The notes beneath the pieces were generated by a model, which was not told the origin of the DNA, did no database searches, and saw only the letters and a list, made by a program, of their open reading frames with translations. The translations under genes were made by a program, and so were the position numbers. 64,000 nt of DNA from Podarcis muralis (taxonomy: Eukaryota), in contig NC_135667.1 of the NCBI RefSeq assembly GCF_964188315.1, positions 10,168,001 to 10,232,000 on the forward strand, read 5' to 3'. Shown in pieces: positions 1 to 11,765 of the stretch (positions are counted from its first letter, which is position 1; each line of letters starts with the position of its first letter).

Positions 1-1183
1 ACAGACTGAAACTAACACAGGGACAAATATAAGAGGACACCTTCACTCCAGTGTGGCGCCCCTTTATTATATAATAAATAATAATTTTTTATTTATACCC
101 CACCCTTCCTGGTTTAAAAACCAGGCTCAGGGCGGCTAACAGCATAAAATGCAGCATCAATATCAATAAAATTCAAAAATTTAGGGGTCATTTTGGGGGA
201 AAACAAACAAACAAAAACCCCAGTCAGTAGACATCATATGATCACCAGGGCTAACTGGCCAAGTTGGTCCTACTAGGGCCAGCAAGGAGACCAGGGAAGA
301 ATTTAAATGTGGGGTCCCAGAAAGGGTTTCTTCATAGAAGAGGAAAGGGAAAAGGGAATAGAGGATCAGGCTAATTCAAATTGAAAGGCAGGCAGAATAG
401 CTCTGTCTTACAGCCCCTGTGGAAGGAGATCAAGACAGCCCAACAAGACAACAACAAGAACCCACAGACAGCATATGAATCGATACAGCTGACTTGACCC
501 AACAATCCCCCTCTCACACAAGGAAACAAAACCCACTTCAGTCAACTACAGGCAATCAACTATGCCTTCCCTTAATGCCAATGAAAACTGATATAGAAAA
601 CTGAATAGAAAGAGAGCCTACCCACGTGATGCTGACACAAAAACTTCTCACATATACCATGTAAAAGAATGAAAGTTTGCTACCCTCATTCTCTCCCTGC
701 CCCACTGCCTCTCCCCAACTCTCTTCTCCCCCAACCTTTGACTGTATACATCGAAGTCTCACGTCAGATATAACTGATCTGCAGAAAAAGGTGTTGGCAG
801 TAATGAAACAAACAAACACCTATCACTCTCTTCATGCCCTCACTTCTAAATCTCAGCGGTGGAGGAGCCTGTTTATTTCTAGGCTGGCTTGTTGACAGTT
901 TTCTAACCTCTTCAGGAAAGTGTTCAGCTTTGCCCAGCTGAACAAATTACTGTGATCTGGCTAATTGCAGGAGGAGATAATTAATTCCTTAGATTTTGGA
1001 CTCAGAGTAGCACTTTTGGTCAGAAAGATCTTGAAACTGTTTCCCCTGCCCTAGATCCTAGCATGTGACATGGGAATTGGATTCCAGAGTCCCATGGTGA
1101 GCAAACCCCAACCAGAAAGTGGGACCCTAAAGAAGAGCCATCATCTTGCCCCAAAACCTAAGGAAATTCCAAATCCCATTTCC

Positions 1184-1184
<1 letters not shown>

Positions 1185-1227
<43 letters not shown>

Positions 1228-1368
1228 CCTGACCATCTGGCACATATAAAAACATAATAAAACGTCAAACATTAAAAACTTCCCAATACAGGACTGCCTT
1301 CAGATGTCTTCTAAAAATTGTGTAGTTCTTTATCTTCTTAAAATTTAATGGGAGGGCATTTCACAGGT
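1185..1368 (-). mobile_element. L2 LINE 3' end with (ATT)n tail
   Basis: Homologous to 4040-4215. Confidence 0.8.
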
Positions 1369-1429
1369 TTAGAGAAAATGGTTCTTTTCTCTAAAATTGA
1401 TATGTTTCATAGTTATGTATTTTTATGTA

Positions 1430-1671
1430 CAGTGGTACCTCGGGTTAAGTACTTAATTCGTTCTGGAGGTCCGTAGTTAACCTGAAACCGTTCTTAATCT
1501 GAAGCACCACTTTAGCTAATGGGGCCTCCTTCTGCTGCCGCACCGCCGGAGCACAATTTCTGTTCTCCTCCTGAAGCAAAGTTCTTAACCTGAAGCACTA
1601 TTTCTGGGTTACCGGAGTCCGTAACCTGAAGCGTATGTAACCTGAAGTGTATGTAACCCGAGGTACCACTG
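1430..1671 (+). mobile_element. Tigger/pogo-like (Tc1-mariner) MITE
   Basis: TIRs CAGTGGTACCTCGGGTTA...TAACCCGAGGTACCACTG with TA TSD. Confidence 0.92.
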
Positions 1672-2044
1672 TATTTATTTATTAATAAATGATCAATCTG
1701 CACCAAAGTTTTTTGAAAGCTTCCCTACAGGTCAGACCGGGAGAGATCTTGGATGGCTGCTGCCAGTCAGTGTAGACAATATTGGGTTAGATGAATCAAT
1801 GGCTGTGACTCCAGCAGGATAAGGAAGCTTCCCATGTGCCTATCCTGCCTTATACCAAGTCAGAGTACTTGCCCATCTAGCTCAGTACTGTCTTCCCTGG
1901 CTGGCAGTAACTTTCCATACCAGGTATTCTAGCCCTACCTGGAGATGCCAGGGATTGGACCAGGCACCTTCTACATGCAAAATACATGGCTTCTGATTAC
2001 TGTGTTACAGATCTCTCTCCCCCTCCCTCCTCCTCCTCTTTCAG

Positions 2045-2083
2045 TGTTTTTGCACAGGCTACAAATGCGCTTGCACTGCTGTG
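2045..2083 (-). promoter_or_regulatory. Recombination signal sequence (23-RSS) of TRAV-a
   Basis: Minus strand: heptamer CACAGCA (2083-2077), 23-nt spacer (2076-2054), nonamer GCAAAAACA (2053-2045). Confidence 0.9.
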
Positions 2084-2368
2084 CTTCCACAGCACAGAAG
2101 TAGCTGGCAGCGTCTGTGAGCTGGACCCCTCTGATGTTCAGGCAACTTGACTTGTCCTGTTTACTCAGTTCAGCACTGAAGTTGGGCTCTTTGCTTTCTT
2201 TAGTTGTTAGTAACTGGAGCAGAAAAGTAGGTCCTTCTCCTGGGTATTGCCTATACCACTGTAAGCTGAGGAAATTGCTAATTTCATACTGGCAGCTGAT
2301 GGTGGAGTTTTCTCCTTCTTTCCTGACCTCCAAGTCTTTCTGATGCCCCTTTTCCTGGCATCTGATCC
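2084..2368 (-). CDS. TRAV: T-cell receptor alpha V exon (TRAV-a); V-region open, leader probably defective
   Basis: Acceptor ttcctacacag|GG ATC AGA TGC at 2368. Reads IRCQEKGHQKDLEVRKEGENSTISCQYEISNFLSLQWYRQYPGEGPTFLL...DAASYFCAVE, with Cys23, Trp41 (WYRQ) and the YFC motif. Immediately followed by a 23-RSS. Confidence 0.9.
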
Positions 2369-2501
2369 CTGTGTAGGAAAAAAAATGTGTATTTTTTCTC
2401 TACAACAAAAAACTTTTCGAACTGCTCATTGGGTCAGGTGCAAAAGACTTTAAAATCCACGGGGGCTTCCTTGCCATGAACGTTTTGGTGATGCCACTCA
2501 C

Positions 2502-2566
2502 ATCTCACAGAACCTGGCAGGCCTGGGTCAGCAATGGCCCTCCAGGTTTTTGGACTCAACTTTCAT
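2502..2566 (-). pseudogene. Probable frameshifted leader exon of TRAV-a
   Basis: Strong donor AGAT|GTGAGT at 2501 gives a 133-nt intron and T|GG (Trp split by the intron, as in many TRAV). The nearest ATG (2566) is out of frame and hits TGA, and the in-frame reading has no hydrophobic core. Confidence 0.45.
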
Positions 2567-2917
2567 CCAGCATGGCCCTTGAGGGAAGACCATAGCTCAG
2601 AGGTAGACTATCAGTTTGCATGCAGAAAGCCCCAGCTTCAATACCAATCATCTCCAGGTAGGTTTAGAAGAGACCTTTGTCTGATCCCATGGAGAACTGC
2701 TGCCAACCCATATAGACATTACAGAGCCAGATAGACCAATGTTCATGGTTGGTATAAGGCAGCTTCCTATGTATCTTATGCTCAAGGGTTGTTGTTTTGT
2801 TATTTCAATTTATGTACCAGCCTTTATCAGAAGATCCAAGGGCAGTGTACAATATTAAAAACACATTCTAGAACATTAACAACAACAACAACAACTGTTT
2901 ATTTATTATTATTTTTG

Positions 2918-3428
2918 TTTATTTTTTAAAAAAAGATATTTATTAAAATTTCAACATTTTACAAAAATAAGAAAAAAAAGAAAAAAGAAAATACAAAGTA
3001 AAAACAGTTAAAAACAAATCAGTTTTTCCAAATCTTATCTTTCATTTGCTTGTTCCCCAGACCTCCTCACACCTCCCTTTTTTGTATTCCAGTTCAATTA
3101 GTTAGTTCAGCAAATCCTTTCCCTTTTTGATTTTATCTTAATCTTTTATCTTAATATATTATAGCTTTATATTATCACCTGTTAACAAACCATTTTATAT
3201 ATTCCTTTATAACATTGCTACTAAAAACCGCTTAACTTCAATCCAACATCATTCTAACATTCCTTAATTTTGCAGTATTTCTGTAAATAGTCTTTAAATT
3301 TCTTCCAATCTTCGTCCACCGACTCTTCTCCCTGGTCTCGGATTCTGCCAGTCATTTCCGCCAGTTCCATGTAGTCCATCACCTTCATCTGCCATTCTTC
3401 CAGAGTGGGTAAATCTTGTGTCTTCCAA
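2918..3428 (-). mobile_element. L1-like LINE 3' fragment
   Basis: Minus strand reads WKTQDLPTLEEWQMKVMDYMELAEMTGRIRDQGEESVDEDWKKF, followed by an A-rich tail. Confidence 0.75.
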
Positions 3429-3431
3429 CAA

Positions 3432-3712
3432 CTGTTTATTTATACCCTGCCCATCTGGCTGGGTTTCTCCAGCCACTCTGCGTAGCTCCCAACAGAATAT
3501 TAAAAACACAATAAAACATCAAACATTTCAAACTTCCCTAAACAGGGCTGCCTTCAGGTGTCTTCTAAAAGTCAGATAGTTGTTTATTTCCTTGACATCT
3601 GATGGGAGGGCGTTCCACAGGGCAGGCGCCACTACCGAGAAGGCCCTCTGCCTGGTTCCCCGTAACCTCACTTCTCGCAGTGAAAGAACTGCCAGAAGGC
3701 CCTCAGCGCTGT
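3432..3712 (-). mobile_element. L2 LINE 3' fragment
   Basis: Near-copy of 4040-4310 (AFSVVAPALWNALP). Confidence 0.9.
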
Positions 3713-3739
3713 ACCTCAATGATAAAAACATAATAAATT

Positions 3740-3922
3740 CCACAATTATGGGGGTTGTGGTCCAGCAACATTGAGAGGGTCACAGTTTCTCCATCCATCC
3801 TTTAAAACGGGAAGCATCTTGCCTAGGCAGAGAACAGAAAAAATAAACAAAGAGAAAAGATTCAGCTTCTACCCCAAAAAAGCTATTGACAACAGCAGCA
3901 AGGTCCATGATGATATCTCCAT
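3740..3922 (-). pseudogene. Possible TRAV relic (leader-like exon plus degraded FR1)
   Basis: ATG at 3922 encodes MEISSWTLLLLSIAFLG. A pyrimidine tract ends tgcctag at 3823, then GGA GAA ACT GTG ACC CTC TCA (GETVTLS) precedes an L2 fragment. Intron only about 50 nt, phases inconsistent, no RSS. Confidence 0.35.
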
Positions 3923-3988
3923 TGCTGCCCTTGGTTTAACTCTGCAGAAGCCACATGCAGCAACTAACAGCCAAGCCCTGTGTGCAGC

Positions 3989-3989
<1 letters not shown>

Positions 3990-4031
<42 letters not shown>

Positions 4032-4853
4032 TTATTATTTATATCCCACCCATCTGGCTGGGTTTCCCCAGCCACTCTGGGCGGCTTCCAACTGAATATT
4101 AAAAACAGTACAGCATCAAACATTAAAAACTTCCCTAAAGAGGGCTGCCTTCAGATGACTTTTAAAAGTAAAATAGTTGTTTATTGCTTTGACATCTGCT
4201 GGGAGGGCGTTCCACAGGGCAGGCGCCACTACCGAGAAGGCCCTCTGCCTGGTTCCCTGTAACCTCACTTCTCGCAGTGAGGGAACCGCCAGAAGGCCCT
4301 CGGCGCTGGATCTCAGTGTCCGGGCTGAACTATGGGGGTGGAGACGCTCCTTCAGGTATACTGGACCAAGGCCGTTTAGGGCTTTAAAGGTCAGCACCAA
4401 CACTTTGAATTGTGCTCGGAAACATACTGGGAGCCAATGCAGATCTCTCAGAACCGGTGTTATGTGGTCCCGGCGGCCACTCCCAGTCACCAGTCTAGCT
4501 GCTGCATTCTGGATTAATTGCAGTTTCCGGGTCACCTTCAAAGGTAGCCCCACGTAGAGCGCGTTGCAGTAGTCCAAGCGGGAGATAACTAGAGCATGCA
4601 CCACTCTGGCAAGACAGTCTGCGGGCAGGTAGGGTCTTAGCCTGCGTACCAGGTGGAGCTGGTAGACAGCTGCCCTGGATATAGAATTAACCTGTGCCTC
4701 CATGGACAGCTGTGAGTCCAAAATGACTCCCAGGCTGCGCACCTGGTCCTTCAGGGGCACAGTTACCCCATTCAGGACCAGGGAATCCCCCACACCTACC
4801 CGCCCCCTGTCCCCCAAAAACAGTACTTCCGTCTTGTCAGGATTCAACCTCAA
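3990..4853 (-). mobile_element. 5'-truncated L2-clade LINE (RT C-terminus, 3' UTR, (ATT)n tail)
   Basis: ORF 4853-4116 contains LNPDKTE, LGVILD, SRLDYCNALY, LQLIQNAAARL and LHWLPV. Possible TSD agctaat. Confidence 0.95.
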
Positions 4854-5039
4854 GCTAATTTTTAAGATGAGATGGAGTCACCATTTACCTTCTTTTCCTG
4901 CTATTGTTCTCAGACAATCAGAAGCAAGCCTTCTTGCTGCAACTGAACACAAGAGAACTGTAGGGGGGGAAATACAGCAGAAGATTCCAGCAAGATACAA
5001 CCTTGAGAGGCCCTTCTGTCTGTCCTGCATGTATCTCAT

Positions 5040-5185
5040 AGATAGAATCATAGAATTGCTGAGCTCGAAAGGACCATGAGGGTCATCTAGTCCAACCCCC
5101 TGCAATGCAGGAATCTTTTGCCCAACGTGGGGCTCAATCCCATGACCCTTGGGATTAAGAGTCTCATGCTCTACCAACTAAGCAA
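5040..5185 (-). mobile_element. Short SINE with tRNA-Lys(CUU)-like head and CR1-like 3' tail
   Basis: Minus strand: gcttagttggtagagcatgagactcttaatcccaagggtcatgggattgagccccacgttgggc, then gggttggactagatgaccc...attctatgattcta. Confidence 0.8.
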
Positions 5186-5452
5186 TATTCATGCTTGTTC
5201 AGTCTCTATGCAAACTAAGGCTTTTAGCATGGGGCACCAGCACTCTGGAATTGCTATTGAAATCAGACAGGCTGCTACAATTCTGATAGTTCTTTGCCTG
5301 CAGAGAATGATTTTGTTTCCCCAAGCATTTTTAGAGAATGAATTTGGTTCAGAGTTGCTTGCTTATTCCGTATATTATAAGCCTATGATGCCTTAATGGG
5401 TTTATTGTATGCCACCAAACTATCTTTCTGGTGAGTTGGTGGTTTCTAAATA

Positions 5453-5678
5453 CAGTGGTACCTCAGGTTAAGAACTTAATTCATTCTGGAGGTCCGTTCT
5501 TAACCTGAAACTGTTCTTAACCTGAAGCACCACTTTAGCTAATGGGGCTTCCTGCTGCCGCCGCGCCGCTGGAGCACGATTTCTGTTCTCATCCTGAAGC
5601 AAAGTTCTTAACCCGAGGTACTATTTCTGGGTTAGTGGAGTCTATAACCTGAAGCGTATGTAACCCGAGGTACCACTG
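5453..5678 (+). mobile_element. Tigger-like MITE
   Basis: Same TIRs, TA TSD. Confidence 0.92.
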
Positions 5679-5936
5679 TACTCTTATAAATAAATGTGAC
5701 ATTTATTGCATCCATTTAGTTCTGATCTGCCTTCTTGGATCAATAAGTGCCTTCTCTAGCTGACAGCAAACCAAGGCTGCTGGGGCAGTGACATGTCTGC
5801 CCTGATGGATGACCTTGAAGCTGAATTCATCCTTGAAGTTTCCAGTGATTGGACTACTTGAAATACAGAAGGCTGAAGCTGGTCGTGACCCTGAGAAAAC
5901 CTCTGCTCCACAAAGCCCTCATGAATGGCCTCTCCA

Positions 5937-5975
5937 GGTTTTGTGTCAGGCCAGGTGTGTCTTTGTGGCACTGTG
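5937..5975 (-). promoter_or_regulatory. 23-RSS of TRAV-b
   Basis: Consensus heptamer CACAGTG (5975-5969), 23-nt spacer, nonamer CACAAAACC (5945-5937). Confidence 0.93.
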
Positions 5976-7336
5976 GCTCCAGAGCACAGAAATAGACGGC
6001 AGAATCATTCAGCCTGGTATTCATCAGGTACAAGGAGGTGGTTTTCTTCTTTTTGTCCAGGCTGATTGTGAAGCGCTCATGAAACTCAGTTCCAGTCTGG
6101 ACCATCAAGTGTATAAACTGGAGCCGCCTGCCCAACTGCTGCCTGTACCACTGCAAGCTATATTCAGTTCCTTCGTAAGAGCAGTTGAGCTGGGCAGGTT
6201 CTCCCTCCTTGACAGAAGCAAACTGGACCTTCTGGGTCACAGAAGACTGGCCTGAAGTGCCTGGAACAGGAATTATGATTGAGAACATAAGAAGAGCCTG
6301 TTGGATAAGATCAGTGGCCCATCTATCATTATCATTCACCCTAAGTTCTCAGGATGGGTTAAAACAAATAAAACCCAATACTAACAACAGTTTAAAACAA
6401 ATAAGTATTAGTAGTAGTAATAATAATAATAATAGAAATAATAAATTAATTGCATTTATTCATTGCTTCCAGAAAGAAGAGGAAAACCTTACAAATACAT
6501 AAAAACACAAACAGCGTGAAAATTCAAAATACAAAAAAACTACCAGCGCTTATCCAACAACAATATAAATATTATGAATATCAGAGAAATAATTATTTAC
6601 GAAAAAGGAGGAGGAGGAGGAGGAGGTGGAAGAGGAGGAAAGGGCTCAGTTTTCTTTAGCTTTAATGCAGGGCTGGAAAACCTCTGCCCTTCCAGATGTT
6701 CAGCTGGGCCAAAACTACCATCATCTCTGATCAAGCCATGCTGGCAGCTGGGACTTGAAGCAGCAGCACCTGGAGGGCCAAAGGTCCCCTACACTTCCTT
6801 TACTGGGAAAAGTAGTCCAATCAAATCAACAGTTACTCAAAAGTAAGCCACACTGTGCCCAATGGGACTACATACCAAAGTAAATGGGGTACGAGAAAAT
6901 TGCAGCAGCTAAGCCTATGTTACATTTTCATCAGATTGCATCTGTTGCCTTCCTAAAAAAGAAGGATTTTAACCATATCTGCTCAAAAATAAATCCCTTT
7001 TAACTCGGTGGGATTTCCCCTCTGTTCGGTGGGAACTCTCTCTGTTTCTCATTTTTCCAGTCTTAAATTCAGCATTCCACATTTAGCAGAAGAAAATGAG
7101 GGTTCCAGCAAAGTGCCCGTGAATTCTCAGTTTTACTCAATTTCTTTCTAACTTTCATCTTTCTTTCTGTTACATCCATTGAAGAATCTGAACAAATATG
7201 GGTAAGATTGGGTCATGCCTAGAGCCCTGAATCACGAATGAGCTGGGATCCAGCTGTGTTAACCCTTTACTAGAGAGAAAATACCTGTGGAGAGAGCCAG
7301 GAGCAAAGGAATGGTGCGTCTCACCAGGGTCTCCAT
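5976..7336 (-). CDS. TRAV: Intact T-cell receptor alpha V gene (TRAV-b): leader exon 7336-7285, V exon 6260-5976
   Basis: Leader METLVRRTIPLLLALST+G (52 nt, phase 1, donor CAG|gtattt). Acceptor ttcctgttccag|GC. V reads GTSGQSSVTQKVQFASVKEGEPAQLNCSYEGTEYSLQWYRQQLG...DSAVYFCALE with no stops. Confidence 0.92.
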
Positions 7337-7439
7337 CTTCTTTTGGGTGACAGATGTGATGAATGTGCCTCAGCAAGTTTTATTTGCAGCAAGAGCTGTG
7401 GCACAGACCACAAACTTGTGGGTGGTTTCATGTTCCTCT

Positions 7440-8045
7440 CTCATGGGACCCAAGAAAATAGCACACTTTTTATATGCAACAGTGGCAGCTAGAGTAAGGT
7501 AAAGGTAAAGGTACCCCTGCCCATACGGGCCAGTTGTGACCGACTCTGGGGTTGCGCGCCCATCTCGCTTAAGAGGCCGGGGGCCAGCGCTGTCCGGAGA
7601 CACTTCCGGGTCACGTGGCAGCTAGAGTACTGGTGGCCAAAAACTGGAAGAGCAAGGAGACTCCCTCAATGTCAGAATGGCAAATTAAATTTTGGGAATA
7701 TATTGAACTAGCCAAGATGACAGCATCAATTAGAATGCAATCAAAACAAAAAATTAAGAAAGGAAATGAAGTGGGTTGAAGAATCCCACAGGATTAGGGT
7801 TGGGAACAGTAAATGTTCATCAAGCCCAACTGTTTACACTGTTCTTATATGGGCCTGTGAGAATGCTGGGAGGCCTCTTTCATACTAGTTCTTATACAAA
7901 AAGAGAAGGGTTAGTATAGGATTAGATGTGGGAAATCCGTATATATAATATATGTTATGCATAGTGTTGAAATTGTACGGGAACTAACATGCAATATGCA
8001 TTTAATAATAAATAAATAATAAATAAATAGTAAACTAAATAAAAG
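7440..8045 (+). mobile_element. L1-like LINE 3' fragment interrupted by a SINE
   Basis: FLYATVAARV|SINE|LVAKNWKSKETPSMSEWQIKFWEYIELAKMT, with an AATAA-rich tail. Confidence 0.7.
7497..7614 (-). mobile_element. Sauria SINE 3' fragment
   Basis: (ACCTTT)n tail; TSD gtggcagctagagta at 7482 and 7615. Confidence 0.9.
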
Positions 8046-8560
8046 GAAAATAGCACACTCTGTTACTCTTCCACCAAATGTGCAGAGCAAAGTCTGTTTT
8101 TTATGACTTAAAGGGAGGCTTTTATGACAAAATTTCAAAATGCCACCACTAAATCACAAGAAATATGTGGCTCAGACTGATATCTGATGATGACACAGAT
8201 TTATTGTCTGGCCTTGGGCAAATCACTTCTCTCTCAAGCAGGTTCCTATTTTATTCTTACTTGTTCTAAATCAGTGGTTCCCAATTAGGGGTCAATACAC
8301 CACCCAGGCCTATTTAGTGCAAAAGGCAGCCTGTGTGGATTTTCTCTCTCTTGTTTTCTGTGGGAAGCAATGTGGCTGCATTTTGGGGGTGGAAGGAAAC
8401 AGATGTACGGCAGAATCCTAATAAATTCAAAGGTTGGTCATTCCTATTGGGTCATCAGCAAGAATAAAAACCTCATTCGAAATAAGTACTGTATTTAACT
8501 AATTAATCTCTTAAACTAGTGCCCAGTACTTTTTTTTCAGGGGGTACTCAAGGGTATAAG

Positions 8561-8890
8561 GGGATGCAGGTGGCGCTGTGGTCTAAACCACTGAGCCTCT
8601 TGGGCTTGCCAATCAGAAGGTTGGCGGTTCAAATCCCCACAACGGGGTGAGCTCCCGTTGCTCTGTCCCAGCTCCTGCCAACCTTGCAGTTCAAAAGCAC
8701 ACCAGTGCAAGTAGATAAATAGGTACCGCTCTGGCAGGAAGGTAAACGGCATTTCCAGGCGCTCTGGCTTCCGTCACGGTGTCCCATTGCGCCAGAAGCA
8801 GTTTAGTCATGCTGGCCACATGAACCAGAAAGCTGTCTGTGGACAAACGCCGGCCCCCTCTGCCTGAAAGCAAGATGAACACTGCAACCC
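8561..8890 (+). mobile_element. Sauria SINE, near full length
   Basis: tRNA-like head ggtggcgctgtggtctaaacc, gtgcaagtagataaatagg core. Confidence 0.9.
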
Positions 8891-9813
8891 CTATAACAAT
8901 TTCATAGTGAGTAACAGCACCTTTTTTTCTAGAAGAAAATGCTAATGTCCCTTGTGGGCAGGAGCATCAACTCCAGGGGGCCCCAGGGCCTGGGCATCCA
9001 TAATTTTTATCCTGTGGGTGCCTGTCTTCCCCCCACCTCCCACTGCCAGCGGCCGCCCAACAACACCACTGTTTGTGGGTTGGGGAACTCTTGACTTCTC
9101 TACAGTTGGAATCAATGCAATCTGCAGCGCTAGAAGTCAATGAGATCAGTAGGTGGCAGCAGAGAGCCAAAATAAAAACCAGCAAAGAGCTGCTATAGCA
9201 TTTGACCTCAGACCAGGGATGGGAGGAATCTATTAGTTTCACTTTCTCTCTGCTTCTCATTTTTCCCGTCTTTCAACATCAGCCTGTGTGAATTATTCTG
9301 ATTTCTTTTCTTTTTTAAAGTCTTCATGAAAAACTTGTCAGCATTTTAGTCCATTTCTGTGTGTGAGTTTGCCCTAGATACACATTTTTGCAAGCAGTTT
9401 CCTCTAACATAATTATACATACGTTAAATGTATTGTATGCACACATTCCCCAAATGTGTGCTTTCACTATTATTAACATAGTTATATAACAGATTTTAAC
9501 TTCTTTGCAGTAGATTTGGTGTGCTGCTTATTTGATGTCAAGGACTGAGGCTGCAATCCTCTACTCACTGGGAATAAGTCCCTATTCACTGGGAATAAAT
9601 AACAATGCAGCCCTATACATAACTACTCAGACATAAAGCTTATTGGGTTCAAAATCTAAAACTTCTTAAATACAAAATGAATGCAAATTTATTATTTTAT
9701 TTCCCCTCCATTTAAGCTTTGTGTGTGTGTGTGTGTACATAGGAAGAAATGTTGGAGGGTATGGTAGTATGTCCCTATTTTCTTCAGATAAATGTTGTAG
9801 GGTATGGAATAGG

Positions 9814-10004
9814 TAAAGGTAAAGGGACCCCTGACCATTAGGTCCAGTCGTGGCTGACTCTGGGGTTGCGGTGCTCATCTCGCTTTATTGGCCAAGGGAG
9901 CCGGCGTACAGCTTCTGGGTCATGTGGCCAGCATGACTAAGCCGCTTCTGGCGAACGAGAGCAGCGCACGGAAACGCCGTTTACCTTCCCACTGGAGCGC
10001 TACC
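9814..10004 (-). mobile_element. Sauria SINE, 5'-truncated
   Basis: 15-bp TSD agggtatggaatagg at 9799 and 10005. Confidence 0.92.
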
Positions 10005-10473
10005 AGGGTATGGAATAGGATGTCCCTATTTCCATTGGATAAATGTTGGAGGTTATGCTAATTTATTACATATATTTTCATCACAGAAATGTTGGTACCA
10101 TACAGGATGGGATCCGTTCTGGAGTCCCGTCTGTAACGTGAAATGCCCACAACTCGAAGTGCTGTGTCTGCGCAGGCGCATGGCGCGATTTGGTGCTTCT
10201 GAGCATGTGTGAGCGGCGAAAGCCAGAAGTAACCCATTCTGGTATTTCCAGGTTGCCACAGGACGTAACGCAAAAAGACACAACATGGAGCGGATGCAAC
10301 ACGAGGTATGACTGTATTACGTAAAACAGGACATTGCCTGCAGGTCCTGCAATATAACTGATATTGTTATGAGGTCTGGGGGTGGTAGGCTGCATGCCTG
10401 GGCCCCCTTTTTATTCCAAGATCCAGCATGGAGACAATTCCTGGAATAGCCAGGCTAGCTTCCTGGTGAGGTA

Positions 10474-10814
10474 GGTAAATGTAAAGGGACCCCTGACCAT
10501 TAGGTCCAGTCGTGACTGACTCTGGGGTTGCGGCACTCATCTCACTTTATTGGCCGATTCAGCTGGCGTACAGCTTCCAGGTCATGTGGCCAGCATGACT
10601 AAGCCACTTCTGGCGAACCAGAGCAGCGCACGGAAACACCATTTACCTTCCCGCCAGAGCGGTACCTATTTATCTACTTGCACTTTGACGTGCTTTCGAA
10701 CTGCTAGGTTGGCAGGAGCAGGGACTGAGCAACGGGAGCTCATCCCGTCACGGGGATTCGAACCGCCGACCTTCTGATCAGCAAGTCCTAGGCCACAGTG
10801 CCACCCACGTCCCT
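10474..10814 (-). mobile_element. Sauria SINE, full length
   Basis: 14-bp TSD ttcctggtgaggta at 10460 and 10815. Confidence 0.95.
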
Positions 10815-11765
10815 TTCCTGGTGAGGTAATAGCCCCTAAGTATGGATCGCCAAGATAAAAAAAAAAGGAAGTGGCTCTGCCTGACAGCAAATGGGTGTGC
10901 ATAGGTATAGGGTGCCTGGAGCTCTCGAGGCTCCAGCCTCCACAACATTTGCCATGAAGGGGCTGGGCGCCCACAGTTTTTTGTGCCAGGGCTGCACACA
11001 GCATGGGGGCATGCACACCCGACATCAGCATGCCTGCCGGCGCATACACATGACATCAGCACACTCGCTGATGTGCGCAGGTGATGTCAGCATGCCACAG
11101 GGCATGCACACCAGAGGGCAGGCCGACGTCAGATGTTCGTGCACGGCCCTGGCACCAAAACGACATATACAGCATGTAGGCAAAACTGCAGTTGACCTAC
11201 ACACAAGTTTTAGAAACAGCAGGTCAGCAATTGTGTCCAAAATAATAATAATGGAGCAACTTGTTGCTAAACACTTTAATTCTGAGAACTGTAGCCTGTC
11301 GGACTTATCAATAATTCCAATAGAGATGCCAACAAAGCATCTCTAGCATATGCTAGACATATTAACACCACATGGCTTCAACCTGGAGGATAGTATCAGC
11401 ATTTCTTCAGCTCAGTGGATTGAAGGACTTCTGAGCTTTCCATTCCAAAAGTTCAGTACGTACTATTTTGGAAACAGCATCATTTGTATTGGAGCAACAG
11501 AGAGAGAAAGAGAGACTGAGGCTGAGACTGAGACTACAATATTTATTTTCTGTGATCCAGTTATGGCTCAAAGCTAATGTTTACTAAGTATTCAAGTGCC
11601 TGACATTAGGAACGTTGATAAAGAAGATTTATTTGACAACCATCCAATTTCAACTTGTATTTCTGCAGTTGATAAGGGAAAGTGTTTCCATGTTAACGTC
11701 TGATCCTCCACGGAGCTCATTAGAGGCACCCACAGGGATTTCCTAGCTCTGAACTTGGCTGAATC

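Noticed and set aside
1-660. Possible further TRAV (acceptor-like tttcag near position 6, ATG at 660, CRE-like TGACGTGA near 760)
   Set aside because: The leader would be phase 0 and poorly hydrophobic, and any V exon lies outside the window, so it cannot be supported.
3771-4262. 163-aa ORF with poly-Asn
   Set aside because: Antisense to L2 and the (AAT)n tail; microsatellite artefact.
5040-5185. Functional tRNA-Lys gene
   Set aside because: The acceptor stem and T-arm are degenerate and it is fused to a CR1-like tail, so it is a SINE.
6261-6339. N-terminal extension of the 161-aa ORF suggesting an intronless TRAV leader
   Set aside because: The ORF starts at GTG within intron and SINE-like sequence. 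A canonical acceptor precedes 6260, and a proper phase-1 leader exists at 7336-7285.
8967-9260. 97-aa ORF with a hydrophobic stretch and cysteines (possible secreted peptide)
   Set aside because: No recognisable domain or splice structure, and the 3' part runs into repeat-like sequence.
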